A stretch of DNA of 64,000 nt from Lytechinus pictus. Taxonomy: Eukaryota. The notes below the pieces were generated by a model. It saw only the letters and a program-made list of their open reading frames with translations. It was not told where the DNA came from and made no database searches. The position numbers and the translations under genes were made by a program. Each line of letters begins with the position of its first letter. Position 1 is the first letter of the stretch. This document shows positions 13,792 to 33,766 of this stretch, piece after piece. The stretch lies in contig NC_087252.1 of assembly GCF_037042905.1 (NCBI RefSeq), forward strand, positions 31,744,001-31,808,000, given 5' to 3'.

Positions 13792-16105
13792 CAGGTCACC
13801 GATTACTAGTAATATTTAATTATGTACAGTGTATATACCCATTTGTCTTTCTCTGATTGTGTTGTGATTTGCACACAAAGTAGGGTGATTCACCTACTTG
13901 TTCTTAATGAAATGTTCAATGTGAATGGGGCTTTAATTTGCTGAGCCACAAATGAGTGGGCTGTGTTCCCACTGGATGTAATGTAAATGATTTGCGTCTG
14001 TCGATGATGTATCCATGGTGTTTATTATTATTTTATTCATTTTTTGTAAGAGTTACATTTTCTCTTATTTTGAATGAGTTAATTATTTTCTTACTCTCCA
14101 TGTGTCATGAGAATGTCTGCATCTTTATAGCATTATTATTTTCATGCTGGGAATTATCTTTTTGAAGGATTTGATTGATTTGCTTGCAGTGGGAACACAC
14201 CATTATTAATCAAGAAATACAAGCAAGCATAATCCTACTCTCCCTGCTTAAGATAATCATTGTGATAATTGAAACTTGTTTGTCCTTGATAGGGCCTGTT
14301 TCCACGGCACCATGATTTTGATTCATTCAATTTGGTGGCAGTGCACAACTTCATGTTCAAGTACAGAGCAGCTTTGTAGTCTGTAAGCACAGACTCAAAT
14401 TTGACACTTTAACCAAATATCCCTTTCTACAGTGAAGACTAGACTCCACACTAACTGTGGGTATCACATGCCTAAATAATTTCCTATAGACCTGTGTGTT
14501 AAAGTGGCAGGGTTGAATGTTTACTACCAGTGGATAGGATATATGTCTGACATTCCATATCTGACCAGAAATGGGTACCTCGACCGGCTCATTTAAAAAA
14601 TAAATCGGCATTTATGAAGACTACACCTGACAGGATCAAATTCATCACTTGAGAGAGTAAAATGGCCCTAATTCTTCCGCCAGTAAAAAAAATAGTTACA
14701 AAGTGGTGATATATCTTTCCAATTTGGAAAAAGGAAGTTCAGTAGATACCCTCCCTAGAATCAGTGTTAGATTGTCAGTCATATTCATTCATTTTTGTCA
14801 ATCAGCGATATCAAATTTAAAAATTGAGAATGGGTTGGCTTGAATGAATATCTTTTGCCTGCCAGTTGTAATTAGGCCCATGTGACCTGTGTGTGTCAAG
14901 TAAGACTAGTAGAGACAGCTCAAGTACATAGTGAATCTAGTCTTACTTTTTCAGATGTGAATTTTTCACTTTTTTTTTTCACTCTGCGAATTGCAAAAAC
15001 CAAAGGTCTGGCTGCAGACTAGCAGCTTAGCACACTGGCAAGTGCAGGGCCAGTTTAACACCATGTTCATCCATGGATTATTAAAAAAGGACCCCACAGA
15101 TATCCATGCTCCGATAACAGAGTATACAGTAAACAAGTATTATGTCCCATTTTCCCCAACTAAAATAATGCCTCAAATATTAGATTTTTAGATGTTCTTT
15201 TTGACGTGATCACCCTTTTCACTGAATCGATGGTGAAAAATTACCCTTTTTATGTCCTTTTGTTGATGAACTCTGTGTCCACCTAGTCTGCTGTGCAAAC
15301 CCCTGGCTTGAGTTAGGCGTCTGAATGCAAAGACTACAATGTCTTGTGTACTGAAGGCCCTCTCGCTGAGGCAAGTTTTACATGTGCTAGTCTTTGTGTG
15401 AAGACCCACTTGTTGATAAAAAGTTTCAATCAGGGTCTGTGCATGCAGACTAGTGTCCATCTTGTACAGACTACAATCAGGGAGAGTAGTATAGCTTCAT
15501 CTTTTAGGGAAGTGGGGTTTTTGTTTTCACTTTTTGTTTTTATTTTCAATCCAGATGGAAATTATTGTCACTTGAATAAAAAGTCACTGAATAATTGAGA
15601 TCCGTCTTTGTGTTTATTTTCATTGTCTTGTCTATTTTATATGTTTAAAATAAATTATAAGATATTGTGTGTAAAGCACAATAAGATTTTGAAAAGATAT
15701 TCATATTTATGGATAGTATTTATATTATTCATGTTGCTGATTGAAATTTTGTTGGAGAGGAAAATTTGGTTCTTATTTTGTTTAATAACCAAGTTGTTTT
15801 GATATAAAGTGCATATGATGGTGAATGAGTTAGGATGCGATAATATTTAGCTCAAAAGAAAGCGGCTTTGCTTGCCGTTTTATGGAAGGCAAGGACCGTG
15901 TTTGTATGAGAGTAGCGCCATGTTGTTATAGCTGCCTTACCTTTCCTCAGGCAATCAATAAACAGCAGAAAGAGAGAGAAATGGAGGAGATTTGTATTTT
16001 GAGGGATAGAGAAGAGAGAGGGTTAGCAATCAATAAACACCAGAAAGAGAGAGTGAGATGAAGGGAAGGGTTTATTTGAGGGAGAGAGAGGATAGATTTC
16101 TTTAA

Positions 16106-16605
16106 AGGTCAAGTCCACCCCAGGAAAATGTTGACTTGAATCAATAGAGAAAAATCAAACAAGCCTAACACTGAAAATTTCATCAAAATCGGATGCAAAA
16201 TAAGAAAGTTATGACATTTTAAATTTTTGCTTATTTTTCACAAGACAGTTATATGCACAACTCAGTAATATGCAAATGAGAGTCAATGACGTATCTCACT
16301 CACTTTTTCTTTTGTTTTTTATTGTTTGCATTAAACAATATTTCATTTTTCACAGATTTGACAACCAACTTGACTGAACCACAAAATGTTAAAACAGTGA
16401 TAATAGTGAGTGAGGGACATCATCGACTCTCACATTTGCATACAACTGAGTTGTGCATATAACTTACTTTTTTGTGGAAAATAAGCGAAACTTTTAAGTC
16501 AACTTTCTTATTTTACATCCGATTTTGATGAAATTTTCAGTATTTTGCTTGATTGATTTTTCTCTATTGATTCAAATCAGCATTTTCCCGGGGTGGACTT
16601 GACCT
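16106..16605. mobile_element. Palindromic MITE with TTAA TSD (Kolobok-like)
   Basis: TTAA|AGGTCAAGTCCACCC ... GGGTGGACTTGACCT|TTAA with TIRs longer than 150 bp. Further copies at 47952 and 57096. Confidence 0.8.
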
Positions 16606-17125
16606 TTAAAGAAATCCATCCTCTCTCTTTCTATTCTGGGATGGACTTGACCTTTAAGGGAAAGAGGGTGTGAGAGAGGGAGATTTATTATAGAAAAGAG
16701 AGTGTATGTGTGAGTGGGGGATGGATTTGTATGAGGAAAAATTTAGAGATCGAGGGGGTGGATTTGTTAGAAGGAAAGAGTGAGAAAGAGAGAGAGGGGG
16801 GAGGGAGAGGATTTGTTTGAGTGATAGAGAGAGAGAGAGACAAGGGGGTAGAGAGATAGATGTTTGATGGATAAAGAGCACAACACTTGGGAGTGTCCCA
16901 TTCTTGTGCTCTTTATCCATCAAACAAGTGAGAGATGAAGATGATTTGTTCGAGTGATAAAGAATAAGAGATAGAGGCGGTAATTGAGGGGTGAAGTGAG
17001 AGGGGATAGAGGGTGAGGGAGGCAGATGTAAAAGAGAAAATTGCGTTAGAGGAAGGAGGATGTGAGGGATGGAGAGAGAGAAATAAGAGAGGTCGTGAGA
17101 GAGAGGGAGTGGTTATATGAAGGGG

Positions 17126-17703
17126 AACAAGAGTGTCGCTAAGGCGAGCACATAATACGCCCGCCTGTAAAGCGGAAAATTGAGCTATTGGTCAAGCAAG
17201 AAAAGTGGAAGGTGGCGACTTCACCTTTGACTGTCTTGACCTCAAAATCAATAGAATTCCTGGGAACTATGCTAGTATCATATACACCAAATTATATGAG
17301 CCTATAGGTTAAGTAAAACTGAAGTTATTGCGTTAACAAGGACTTCAGAAGGGTAAGATGAAAACATGTCACTGTGACCTTGACCTTTGACCTCAAAATC
17401 AATAGGCCTCCTGGGATCCATGCTAGTATCATACACACCAAATTATATGAGCCTAGGTTAAGTTAAACTGAAGTTATCGCTTTTACAAGGACTGCAGAAG
17501 GGTAAGATGAAAACATGTCACTGTGACCTTGACCTTTGGACCTCAAAATCAAGGCTTCCTGGGATCCATGCTAATATCATACACACCTAATTATGAGAGC
17601 TTGGGTGAAGTTAAACTGAAGTTATCGCGTTTAAAAGGAAAAGTTAACGGACGGACACCAAGCGTGATACCATATGTCCCGTCGAGACAGGCGTATAAAA
17701 AAG
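17126..17703. mobile_element. Non-autonomous Helitron/Helentron-like element with an internal ~150-bp tandem repeat (3 copies)
   Basis: AACAAGAG start; three units containing TGACCTTGACCTTTGACCTCAAAATC; ACGGACGGAC microsatellite; ATAAAAA end; no TIR or TSD. Confidence 0.6.
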
Positions 17704-17967
17704 ATATAGCTAATTGGGGGTAGAGAGAAAAAAGAGCGGCGGGGGGGAGAAAAGAAGTGTATGCATAGAGAGGGAAGAAAAGGGGAGTGTGTGAAGGGAA
17801 TAGAGACAGAGTGAGTAGAAAGAAGTGTTTTTTAAGGAGAGGGGGTGAGAAAAATGAGAGCTAGAGGAGCAGGGGGAAGACAGAAGTGGGAAAGAAAGAG
17901 AAAATAGAGTTAATGAGGAAGGAAAGAAGAGAAATGAGTTTGCATTCCACCAACAATAAAATAAACA

Positions 17968-18150
17968 ACCATTATCATCATCATCATCACCATCATCACA
18001 ACCATTATCATCAATATTGTCATCAGCATCATCACTTTCACCATCATCATCATCACCATTATCGTCATCACTATCACCATCACTATCATCATCCTCATCA
18101 TCAAAATCACCTTCAATATCATCATCAGTACCATCATCATGACCATCAAA
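17968..18150. repeat. (CAT)n-type degenerate microsatellite
   Basis: Run of CAT/CAC triplets; similar tracts at 25021-25185 and 26370-26735 flank N-gaps. Confidence 0.9.
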
Positions 18151-19413
18151 TAACAAAACATCAATATCATATATTGGATTCTTGCAACATTTCTCTTCCA
18201 TCTCTCTTTCGACTTCATCAGTGCCGATTTCAGCCATACAAACACATCACAAATTCAAAACATCAAAGACAATTCAAATATTATCTTATTTTTAACTTAC
18301 ATCTTTACTTACTGAAAATTATCAATACACAATGAACATAACACAAAGGAATGAATTACATGAATCAAACATATCTAAAACTGATTATTCAATTTGAAGC
18401 TCTTATGAGAGAAGAATAAGAATACACCTTTCACGCCTTGGACAATAAGAGCTGCTCTTTCTCCCGGGTGGAGAGTGGTAATTACTGATAAATGACATGG
18501 TAAACGACAAATTGTACTCAACCTGTAACCTTGAATTACTACTGGTATGTTTATTTTTCGTTTGCAAAGGCATAATGATAATTTTTTAACATTTATTGTT
18601 AATACACATCCAAAATGTACAGTCTATACTTCTTTATTTCAAGGAGGTTTGTACTTTGACCTAGGGGGAGAGGTCAAATTGGGAAGCCCACTCGAAAAGA
18701 GCAGGGGTATCAATCTCAATCAAACGTGAAGGCGTTTATAATGATGTCATCATTGAAATAAATTTACAATTGATATCATGTTTATGCTTCCGCAGAAATG
18801 TTGACCGTAGCCCCAATTTTTTTTAGTTTACAATCGACTTTTGTGATCAGGATTTCTATGAAAATGAATAAGTCTGATCACAGCTTAGACTATGGGGATG
18901 AGGGTGTCAGTCTGGTCAGAGAGGTGCTTAAACTAGCCCATTATAGTAAGGAGTTAGCCTTAGGGTAAATCCTTTCAGGTCTAGATCACATGTGGACAAA
19001 AAGGCCTGTATTCTCAAAGGAGGTTTCAATTGACACATGGCACAAGACCATGGATTATGTAGATTTCTTGTAATATCGCATTTCATTCAAGCATGAATTT
19101 AGCGCCTTTTGTCAAAAGCGTACATTGATTTATCAGACTTTACTCATTATGCACGATGAAATAAGTGTAATCGTGCATACTAAATCTGCATATACCATGA
19201 TACAATTGAAACCGCCTTTGTGAGTATGAGCCTTAGGGAGTCTACACGTAGTTATTATGCTTAAATAAATCTCTACCTAGGCCTTGTTCCACAAAACTGA
19301 ACAATTGATTGTCGAACCATTTCTTTACTATTGATCGCATTGATGACTACGTACAATCAATCATAAGATGAATTGCTAAGTTTTGTGATATGGGGCCCCT
19401 ATTTATTGATAGT

Positions 19414-26988
<7,575 letters not shown>

Positions 26989-28655
26989 CTACAAACAAGC
27001 AAAAAGTAAAGAAAAGGAATATTTTAGCTATCACATCCCCTGAGGAAATGAAGCCTAGGTAGAGTGGTGCTCCACAACCCGCTGGTCAGTGCTGGTGTAG
27101 TGCAGCTGCAGGACGCTTGTGCTTTATCATATTTAAACCCTATGTTGTATTATGTCTTACAAAGAGTTGCGATTGATCCAATCAATCACATCTATGGACG
27201 GCCAGCAACGTCAACATCCATTATGCATGTTTGTTCAAAATATTTTCTAACTATGATGTATGTTCATGCATTTTCTTGAAAATTCACTGTGCTTCTCTTT
27301 GGTTACAAAGGACATTGTGCAAATTTCCTGTAGAAAAAATTATGACACTGGTGGATTTCCATAGAGTTACGATTAATTGGATCAATCGTAACTCTTTGTA
27401 AGACGAGGCCCTGGTGTAGAAGGGCTATTACACCGGAAAGAGTAGGAGGAATGAGAAAAGAAACAAGGAGTAACACACCCACAATTTGACACGTACCGAG
27501 ATTAGACATGTCAAACTTCTTTCACAGGCAAGCATAATCAATCATCATAACTACAACACGTCACTATTTCAATAAATCTCTTCTCAAATGGCAAAATTGC
27601 CATAAAAATACATAGTCTGCACGATATTTCCAAATGCATGCACAGGCTTAGCTCAGATTTAAGAGATGGGTCACAAAAAAAGGGAAACATAGAAATTTGT
27701 GGTTTTGTTCCGAGTAGAAAATAACTAAAATATAAGAACTTTCTTGCAAATTTAGGGTCATCATGGTCATATCGTAGTTTAAAAAGAATAGGGTAGGGGG
27801 TCTAGTGTATTCCAATAAAATGACAAATTAAAAATATAAAAAGCAAAAGTAAACGCATTGAATTTTGCACAGTCTGTGTAGGAGGACTGCAAAACATCAG
27901 ATTTTTTTTAAAACTCCTCCAAAACAGTGGGTATCTTAAGATCTAGGACTCTAAGTTATATTTTCTTATAACGTTAAGTTTAGCTTCTGTTTTTTTTTCC
28001 GACAGGGCGAAATGTGAAGTCTGAAGACAAGCAAGCTTCTCTCCATCTATCTCACATCCCTCTCGACTCGGGCTCTCTCTAACAGTAACAATAATCATAT
28101 TGCAATTCACTAAAATGATGCCACAGTTACAGAACATGCTCTTTCTCAATTTAAGTCTTGATTCCCCATTTGCCATCGCGTCGAAATGAATCGCGTTGAA
28201 TTGAAATGTCGATCTGCCGATTCCGAATTCTGTCTATTTTATTAGGTGGTCTTATCGACCACCTAATTTTCTAAGCATCATACCTGCGAAGCTATTTATC
28301 AGTTTTACCTAGTTTTCGTCTCATTTGTGCAGAAAATTTAGCAGATCACATCAGATTCCCATGTTTCGATCGGCCACTACGATTCAATTAGGGTATACAC
28401 TACTCAAAAAAAGTTAAGGACCACTTTTTAAAACGTACATAAAGATTTTATACGAGGTGTTTTATTTCTGGAAATACCTCAGTACAACTGTCCTAAATGT
28501 CCTTAAACACGCTGTAATCAATTTCACGCATGGGTGGTTTCAGTTGTTGCACAATGTCTCTCGCATCACTGCACATCCTGAAAAGTGGGCCCCGAGGGGT
28601 ATCAGCTACCGACATGAAGTGGTAAAAACGAATGTCTGAGTGTCTTTCAGGCAGT

Positions 28656-29654
28656 TCAGTAACGAGTGTGACCACCTCCTGCAGCAATAACGGCTTCACA
28701 GCGCTGTCTCATGGAGCTGATGAGGCGATTGATGTCTCTGACGTCCAGTGCATCCCATGCAGCCTCCAGAGCCACACCCAGCTGCTGCAGTCCAAGTGGA
28801 TGGGCTTCGAGCTGCTCGAGACTCCTCCCCATCATGTCCCAGACGTGCTCTATCGGGTTTAAGTCCGGGGACCTCGCTGGCCACTCCATACGCTCAATCC
28901 CCTGGCCCTCAAGGAACTCGGTCACCACCCTAGCTCGGTGGGCACGGGCATTGTCATCCATGAAAATGATGTTTTGTCCCACATTTTCTGCAAATGGCAC
29001 CACTATAGGTTCAAGGACCTCATCCCTGTACCTCACTCCTGTCATTGCTCCCCCTGGGACCACGTAGAGACGAGTACGGTTGGCGTAGGTGATGCCTCCC
29101 CACACCATGACGCTGCCTCCCCCATAACGGTCATGTTCTGCAATACAGGGGTCTGCAAATCTCTCTCCTGGTCGCCTCCAGACTCTCGAACGTCCATCAT
29201 TGTGGTCAAGGGAAAATCTGCTCTCATCTGTGAACAGAACTCTACGCCATTGCTGTCTGGTCCATCTGACATGCTCCCGGGCCCAGTTGAGACGAATTCT
29301 TCTGTGAGCAGGGGTGAGTGGGACACACTGAGCTGGCCGTCTGGCATGCATATTGGCTCTGTGAAGTCGGTTACGGATTGTTTGAGTGGAAACAATCACT
29401 CCAGTTGCTGCAGCGAAGTCATTGTTGAGGCGGCGTACACTGTGAAAGCGGTTGCGGAGGTTGAGATTCGTCAAGTAGCGATCATCTCTAGGGGTTGTCG
29501 AAACTGGTCGGCCACTGCGGGGTCTCTCGGAGTATAGCCCTGTCTCTCGGTGTCTTTGATTTGCTCTGCTAATGACACTTTGTGACACGCCCATCATTCT
29601 GGCTACTCTTCGCTGACTGAGGCCAGCTTCCAGCATCCCTAGGGCTCTGGCTAC
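28656..29654 (-). CDS. Tc1-family DD34E transposase, open frame but missing the first 10 codons (first in-frame ATG at 29636)
   Basis: HTH region, VLFTDESRF, MDDNARAH and WPARSPDLNPIEHVW; 34 residues separate the second catalytic D from E. Confidence 0.88.
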   Translation of the reverse strand, partial: VARALGMLEAGLSQRRVARMMGVSQSVISRANQRHRETGLYSERPRSGRPVSTTPRDDRYLTNLNLRNRFHSVRRLNNDFAAATGVIVSTQTIRNRLHRANMHARRPAQCVPLTPAHRRIRLNWAREHVRWTRQQWRRVLFTDESRFSLDHNDGRSRVWRRPGERFADPCIAEHDRYGGGSVMVWGGITYANRTRLYVVPGGAMTGVRYRDEVLEPIVVPFAENVGQNIIFMDDNARAHRARVVTEFLEGQGIERMEWPARSPDLNPIEHVWDMMGRSLEQLEAHPLGLQQLGVALEAAWDALDVRDINRLISSMRQRCEAVIAAGGGHTRY

Positions 29655-29676
29655 CAACAACTTGCCTACAACAGCA

Positions 29677-30705
29677 ATGCCAAGACACCACCTAAGTGAA
29701 ACAGATGTAGCCAGAGCCCTAGGGATGCTGGAAGCTGGCCTCAGTCAGCGAAGAGTAGCCAGAATGATGGGCGTGTCACACAGTGTCATTAGCAGAGCAA
29801 ATTAAAGAGACCGAGAGACAGGGCTATACTCCGAGAGACCCCGCAGTGGCCGACCAGTTTCGACAACCCCTAGAGATGATCGCTACTTGACGAATCTCAG
29901 CCTCCGCAACCGCTTTCACAGTGCACGCCGCCTCAACAATGACTTCGCTGCAGCAACTGGAGTAATTGTTTCCACTCAAACAATCCGTAACCGACTTCAC
30001 AGAGCCAATATGCATGCCAGACGGCCAGCTCAGTGTGTCCCACTCACCCCTGCTCACAGAAGAATTCGTCTCAACTGGGCCCGGGAGCATGTCAGATGGA
30101 CCAGACAGCAATGGCGTAGAGTTCTGTTCACAGATGAGAGCAGATTTTCCCTTGACCACAATGATGGACGTTCGAGAGTCTGGAGGCGACCAGGAGAGAG
30201 ATTTGCAGACCCCTGTATTGCAGAACATGACCGTTATGGGGGAGGCAGCGTCATGGTGTGGGGAGGCATCACCTACGCCAACCGTACTCGTCTCTACGTG
30301 GTCCCAGGGGGAGCAATGACAGGAGTGAGGTACAGCGATGAGGTCCTTGAACCTATAGTGGTGCCATTTGCAGAAAATGTGGGACAAAACATCATTTTCA
30401 TGGATGACAATGCCCGTGCCCACCGAGCTAGGGTGGTGACCGAGTTCCTTGAGGGCCAGGGGATTGAGCGTATGGAGTGGCCAGCGAGGTCCCCGGACTT
30501 AAACCCGATAGAGCACGTCTGGGACATGATGGGGAGGAGTCTCGAGCAGCTCGAAGCCCATCCACTTGGACTGCAGCAGCTGGGTGTGGCTCTGGAGGCT
30601 GCATGGGATGCACTGGACGTCAGAGACATCAATCGCCTCATCAGCTCCATGAGACAGCGCTGTGAAGCCGTTATTGCTGCAGGAGGTGGTCACACTCGTT
30701 ACTGA
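29677..30705 (+). pseudogene. Tc1 DD34E transposase copy with native ATG but a nonsense codon (TAA 29803-29805)
   Basis: MPRHHLSETDVARALGMLEAG...SRAN*. The other arm has CAA at this codon; the rest of the frame is intact to the stop at 30705. Confidence 0.88.
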
Positions 30706-31257
30706 ACTGCCTGAAAGACACTCAGACATTCGTTTTTACCACTTCATGTCGGTAGCTGATACCCCTCGGGGCCCACTTTTCAGGATGTGCAGTGATGCGA
30801 GAGACATTGTGCAACAACTGAAACCACCCATGCGTGAAATTGATTACAGCGTGTTTAAGGACATTTAGGACAGTTGTACTGAGGTATTTTCAGAAATAAA
30901 ACACCTTGTATAAAATCTTTATGTACGTTTTAAAAAGTGGTCCTTAACTTTTTTTGAGTAGTGTATATCGGCGAACAACTAATACGACGGTTTTACATTT
31001 GCTCATTTGCACCCGTCTTTTGAAACCAACCGCCCGCGATACACTTAAGTTTACGGCCGATTCTTGTCGCGGTGGCGAAATATTTTGACTCTTCCAAATC
31101 AGTTCTATGATGTCAACATGCTAAATCATCGTCTCACTACTTCCACTACAAGCACCGGCACATGATTCCACGATTGACGACGGATATTTGTTCTAAAGCC
31201 ATTTCCTATCGGAAACGGGGCGAGTTCGGGTCTTGTCAAAACAATTTTGATAAATTC

Positions 31258-31493
31258 TGTAGCGGTCGCGCCCCCAGCTTGACCACTAGGTTGATACCTG
31301 AAGCTAGAATATAAGGAATAAGTCACTAACCAGTATTTTCCTGGAGTGATGTCCTAGTTCCTGTCTATTCCGTGTGAGTTCAGCTTCAAATACAATGATC
31401 CAAGGGATCCAACGTCCTCCAGCGTCTAAAAGGGGTCCAGCGCCATCTCCCGGTGGAAGACCTATATGGGGGGTGGGGTGACTTACTACAACA
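31258..31493 (-). repeat. 3' LTR (236 bp)
   Basis: Identical by eye to the 5' LTR once the insertion in the latter is removed. Confidence 0.93.
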
Positions 31494-32839
31494 GTCCCCC
31501 CCGTTCTATAAAACTCGGTCCCTCGAGTTTCCAACCCAAATGGACGCTATCCAAACCAGACAAAGGGAGGAAAAATTTTTCCACTCCCTAGACACCCCAA
31601 CCAGGAAACCTTATCTCCCAGCTGGGCATGAGCAAATACAAGCCCATTTAAAAATTCCCTTTGGTCTTTTATGTACACAATGCTCCTTAAAATTTTGCAA
31701 AAAGTACTTATGCAGCATTGTTCTGTCCCAAGTCTGCATTCCCAAAATTAATTATAATTTGCTACCCGTAATCAGCCATAAACAAATTCCGTTCTTTTAT
31801 AAATAAAAATCCAAAACACTTAGCACAACTGTGCTAAAAACTTGTTCAACACTTTAAATTTTAAAAACCCGTAACATGAAAACGGCAAAAACCCGTAATA
31901 ACACCTAAAAACCTAGAGTTTTGAGGTTCTTTTTAAAAAACCCACACAAAAACCCATATCCCAGGAGGGTCCCCCCTCCCCAGAAAGCTCCACTTTCCCA
32001 TAGCAGTGGGCTGCCGCTGGCCCTCCCCTGTCTTGGCACCCTCATACCCGGGCTGTGCAATACATAGCATTCCCGTTCGGTTGAGAAACTGGAGCACCAG
32101 TACCCAACCTAGGTCCCCCAGGTGCAGGAAGGGGGCGTCAGCGCTGCCATTACGCGGAAAGGGCCATTTAAAACACTTCCCTCCAAGTGAACCATGAAGC
32201 ATTCCCTACATGGCTTAAATATACAGAAAAGACAGAACACAGAGACAAAAGAACACAAGAGACACAGAGAGGAGGCGACTCAGCTGGTCTCCTCGCGTAC
32301 AGAAAAACATGTATGATCCTAAACGCTCAAACCTAACCCCGAATGCAAAGGGAACCGGAATCCCTTCGTGAACAATGGAGGACAGATCCCCTCCATTCCC
32401 CATAGAGTGCCAGATGGTTAATCCTAGCTCGCTCCATGAGAGTGAGAAACCTTATCTGCCGGGTTGAGGCGACAAGCTCTCCCACCTCGCTAGTGAACCC
32501 AGGGTAGGATCCTTCTCCTGTTCCACCCGTACCAGGTCGATGGGCAGCTGCCCATCGGTAACGCCCACTGGCCTCACCCTGACCGACTTGTACTGGACTA
32601 GCTCCACCTACACGCTGAACCATTAGCCCCAATAGTACGGCTGCTTGCCTGTAATCTGGTAGAGGAACCGCGATCCAGGTGAACCCATTTTTCAACAGGG
32701 AGCGATCCCGTCTCCCTTCCCTTCAATTTTTTCAGTTTCCCCCAGCACCTCAGAGCAGGTTACCTTAAGGTACCTATCAGATAGGTTCTGTTTTCCCAGC
32801 CCTGTAAACCGAACCGGGAACTAGGAGCAGTAAGCCATC

Positions 32840-33766
32840 CTAAGGGTTAAACATGAAATCCCCTAAACGTTGGTCTAAAATGCCGGTGATTCGCTTGAGT
32901 GCATTCGGGGGAACAATTACTCGCTTGTGCAAATGAACCCGGGCAATCTGCCGCCCAGGGTCATCACTATACCAAAGTGGAATCCTCTGACCTCCCAACT
33001 GCATATGCGGATCTTGGAGGTGAATCGCAGCCTTGCGCTTGCTGAGGAAATCTAATCCCAGGAGCATATGATCAGCTATAGGGGCTACATATACTTCCTC
33101 CGAGAATGTCTGGTTCCCAAGCTCTATGGAAAGGGGACCGACAATTGTCCCTCTCATCTTCATATCCCGTCCCGCTGCATGTAGGATCACTCCTCTCAGT
33201 TTAGGGGGCTGGGGGTCCAGTGACTGCAGGAGCCTATCTGAGATGATGGATACCTCGGCTGCGGTATCGACAACTGCGCTTACTGGCTGCCCCCCTATAA
33301 CAACCGAGACCTTGAGAGTAGAGCGCGACTCGAACCTACACACCACTACCTCTTCAATCCTGCTTGCACACCCCGGCCCAGGGAGAGCGTCTGGAACTGA
33401 TTCCGGACTTGCTTCACCCCGGTCTGTTGTTCGGGTGTCCGAGGGACCAACTGGATCCCCCGCCGCAGCCGCGGTTATGCCCTCTACATAAGTAGCTATT
33501 CCGGTTACATTATTCCCAGGGACTATCAGGCGCTCCGACACGCCCTCTGCTATTCCTTCAGATGAGCCTACGGATGGCCCCTCTGAGCTGCTTGCTAGCT
33601 TGGAACCCTCTATTTGGCCTCTGGCGGTGGGGGCCGGGGGCTGGCCAGCTCCTCCGACCCGCTGGAGTTTTCCTCCTCCTGGTCCCCTACAAAGGAAACT
33701 TGTACCTTGGCCCTGTTTTCCTGGACCGAAGGACAATTGTTCCTGTAGTGGCCAATCCCGCCGCAC
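32840..33766 (-). CDS. Retroviral-type aspartic protease ORF (truncated pol), -1 frame relative to gag
   Basis: VSAVVDTAAEVSII active-site motif and MLLGLDFL; overlaps the gag 3' end; stops before any RT motif. Confidence 0.8.
   Translation of the reverse strand: MRRDWPLQEQLSFGPGKQGQGTSFLCRGPGGGKLQRVGGAGQPPAPTARGQIEGSKLASSSEGPSVGSSEGIAEGVSERLIVPGNNVTGIATYVEGITAAAAGDPVGPSDTRTTDRGEASPESVPDALPGPGCASRIEEVVVCRFESRSTLKVSVVIGGQPVSAVVDTAAEVSIISDRLLQSLDPQPPKLRGVILHAAGRDMKMRGTIVGPLSIELGNQTFSEEVYVAPIADHMLLGLDFLSKRKAAIHLQDPHMQLGGQRIPLWYSDDPGRQIARVHLHKRVIVPPNALKRITGILDQRLGDFMFNP

Larger units (their letters stand above)
28398..30963. mobile_element. Palindromic (foldback) Tc1 element: two inverted 1257-bp arms, 52-bp spacer, TA TSD
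   Basis: TA|CACTACTCAAAAAAAGTTAAGG ... CCTTAACTTTTTTTGAGTAGTG|TA. Arms 28398-29654 and 29707-30963 are reverse complements with about 9 substitutions by eye. Confidence 0.95.

Noticed and set aside
17710-18335. His-, Asp- or Met-rich ORFs
   Set aside because: They are translations of a (CAT)n microsatellite in several frames, with no splice or domain support.
27943-28176. ORF MANGESRLKL as PSMC4 exon 1 (also ATGTCTAATCTCG|GTACGT near 27495-27509)
   Set aside because: No resemblance to Rpt3 N-termini, and no convincing phase-0 donor matching the 26988 acceptor.
28457-30868. Many mirrored small ORFs in alternative frames
   Set aside because: They are shadow frames of the transposase, duplicated by the palindrome.
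32333-32695. ORF as env or RT of the LTR element
   Set aside because: No YxDD, integrase or transmembrane/signal motifs are recognisable, and it starts at a non-ATG codon.
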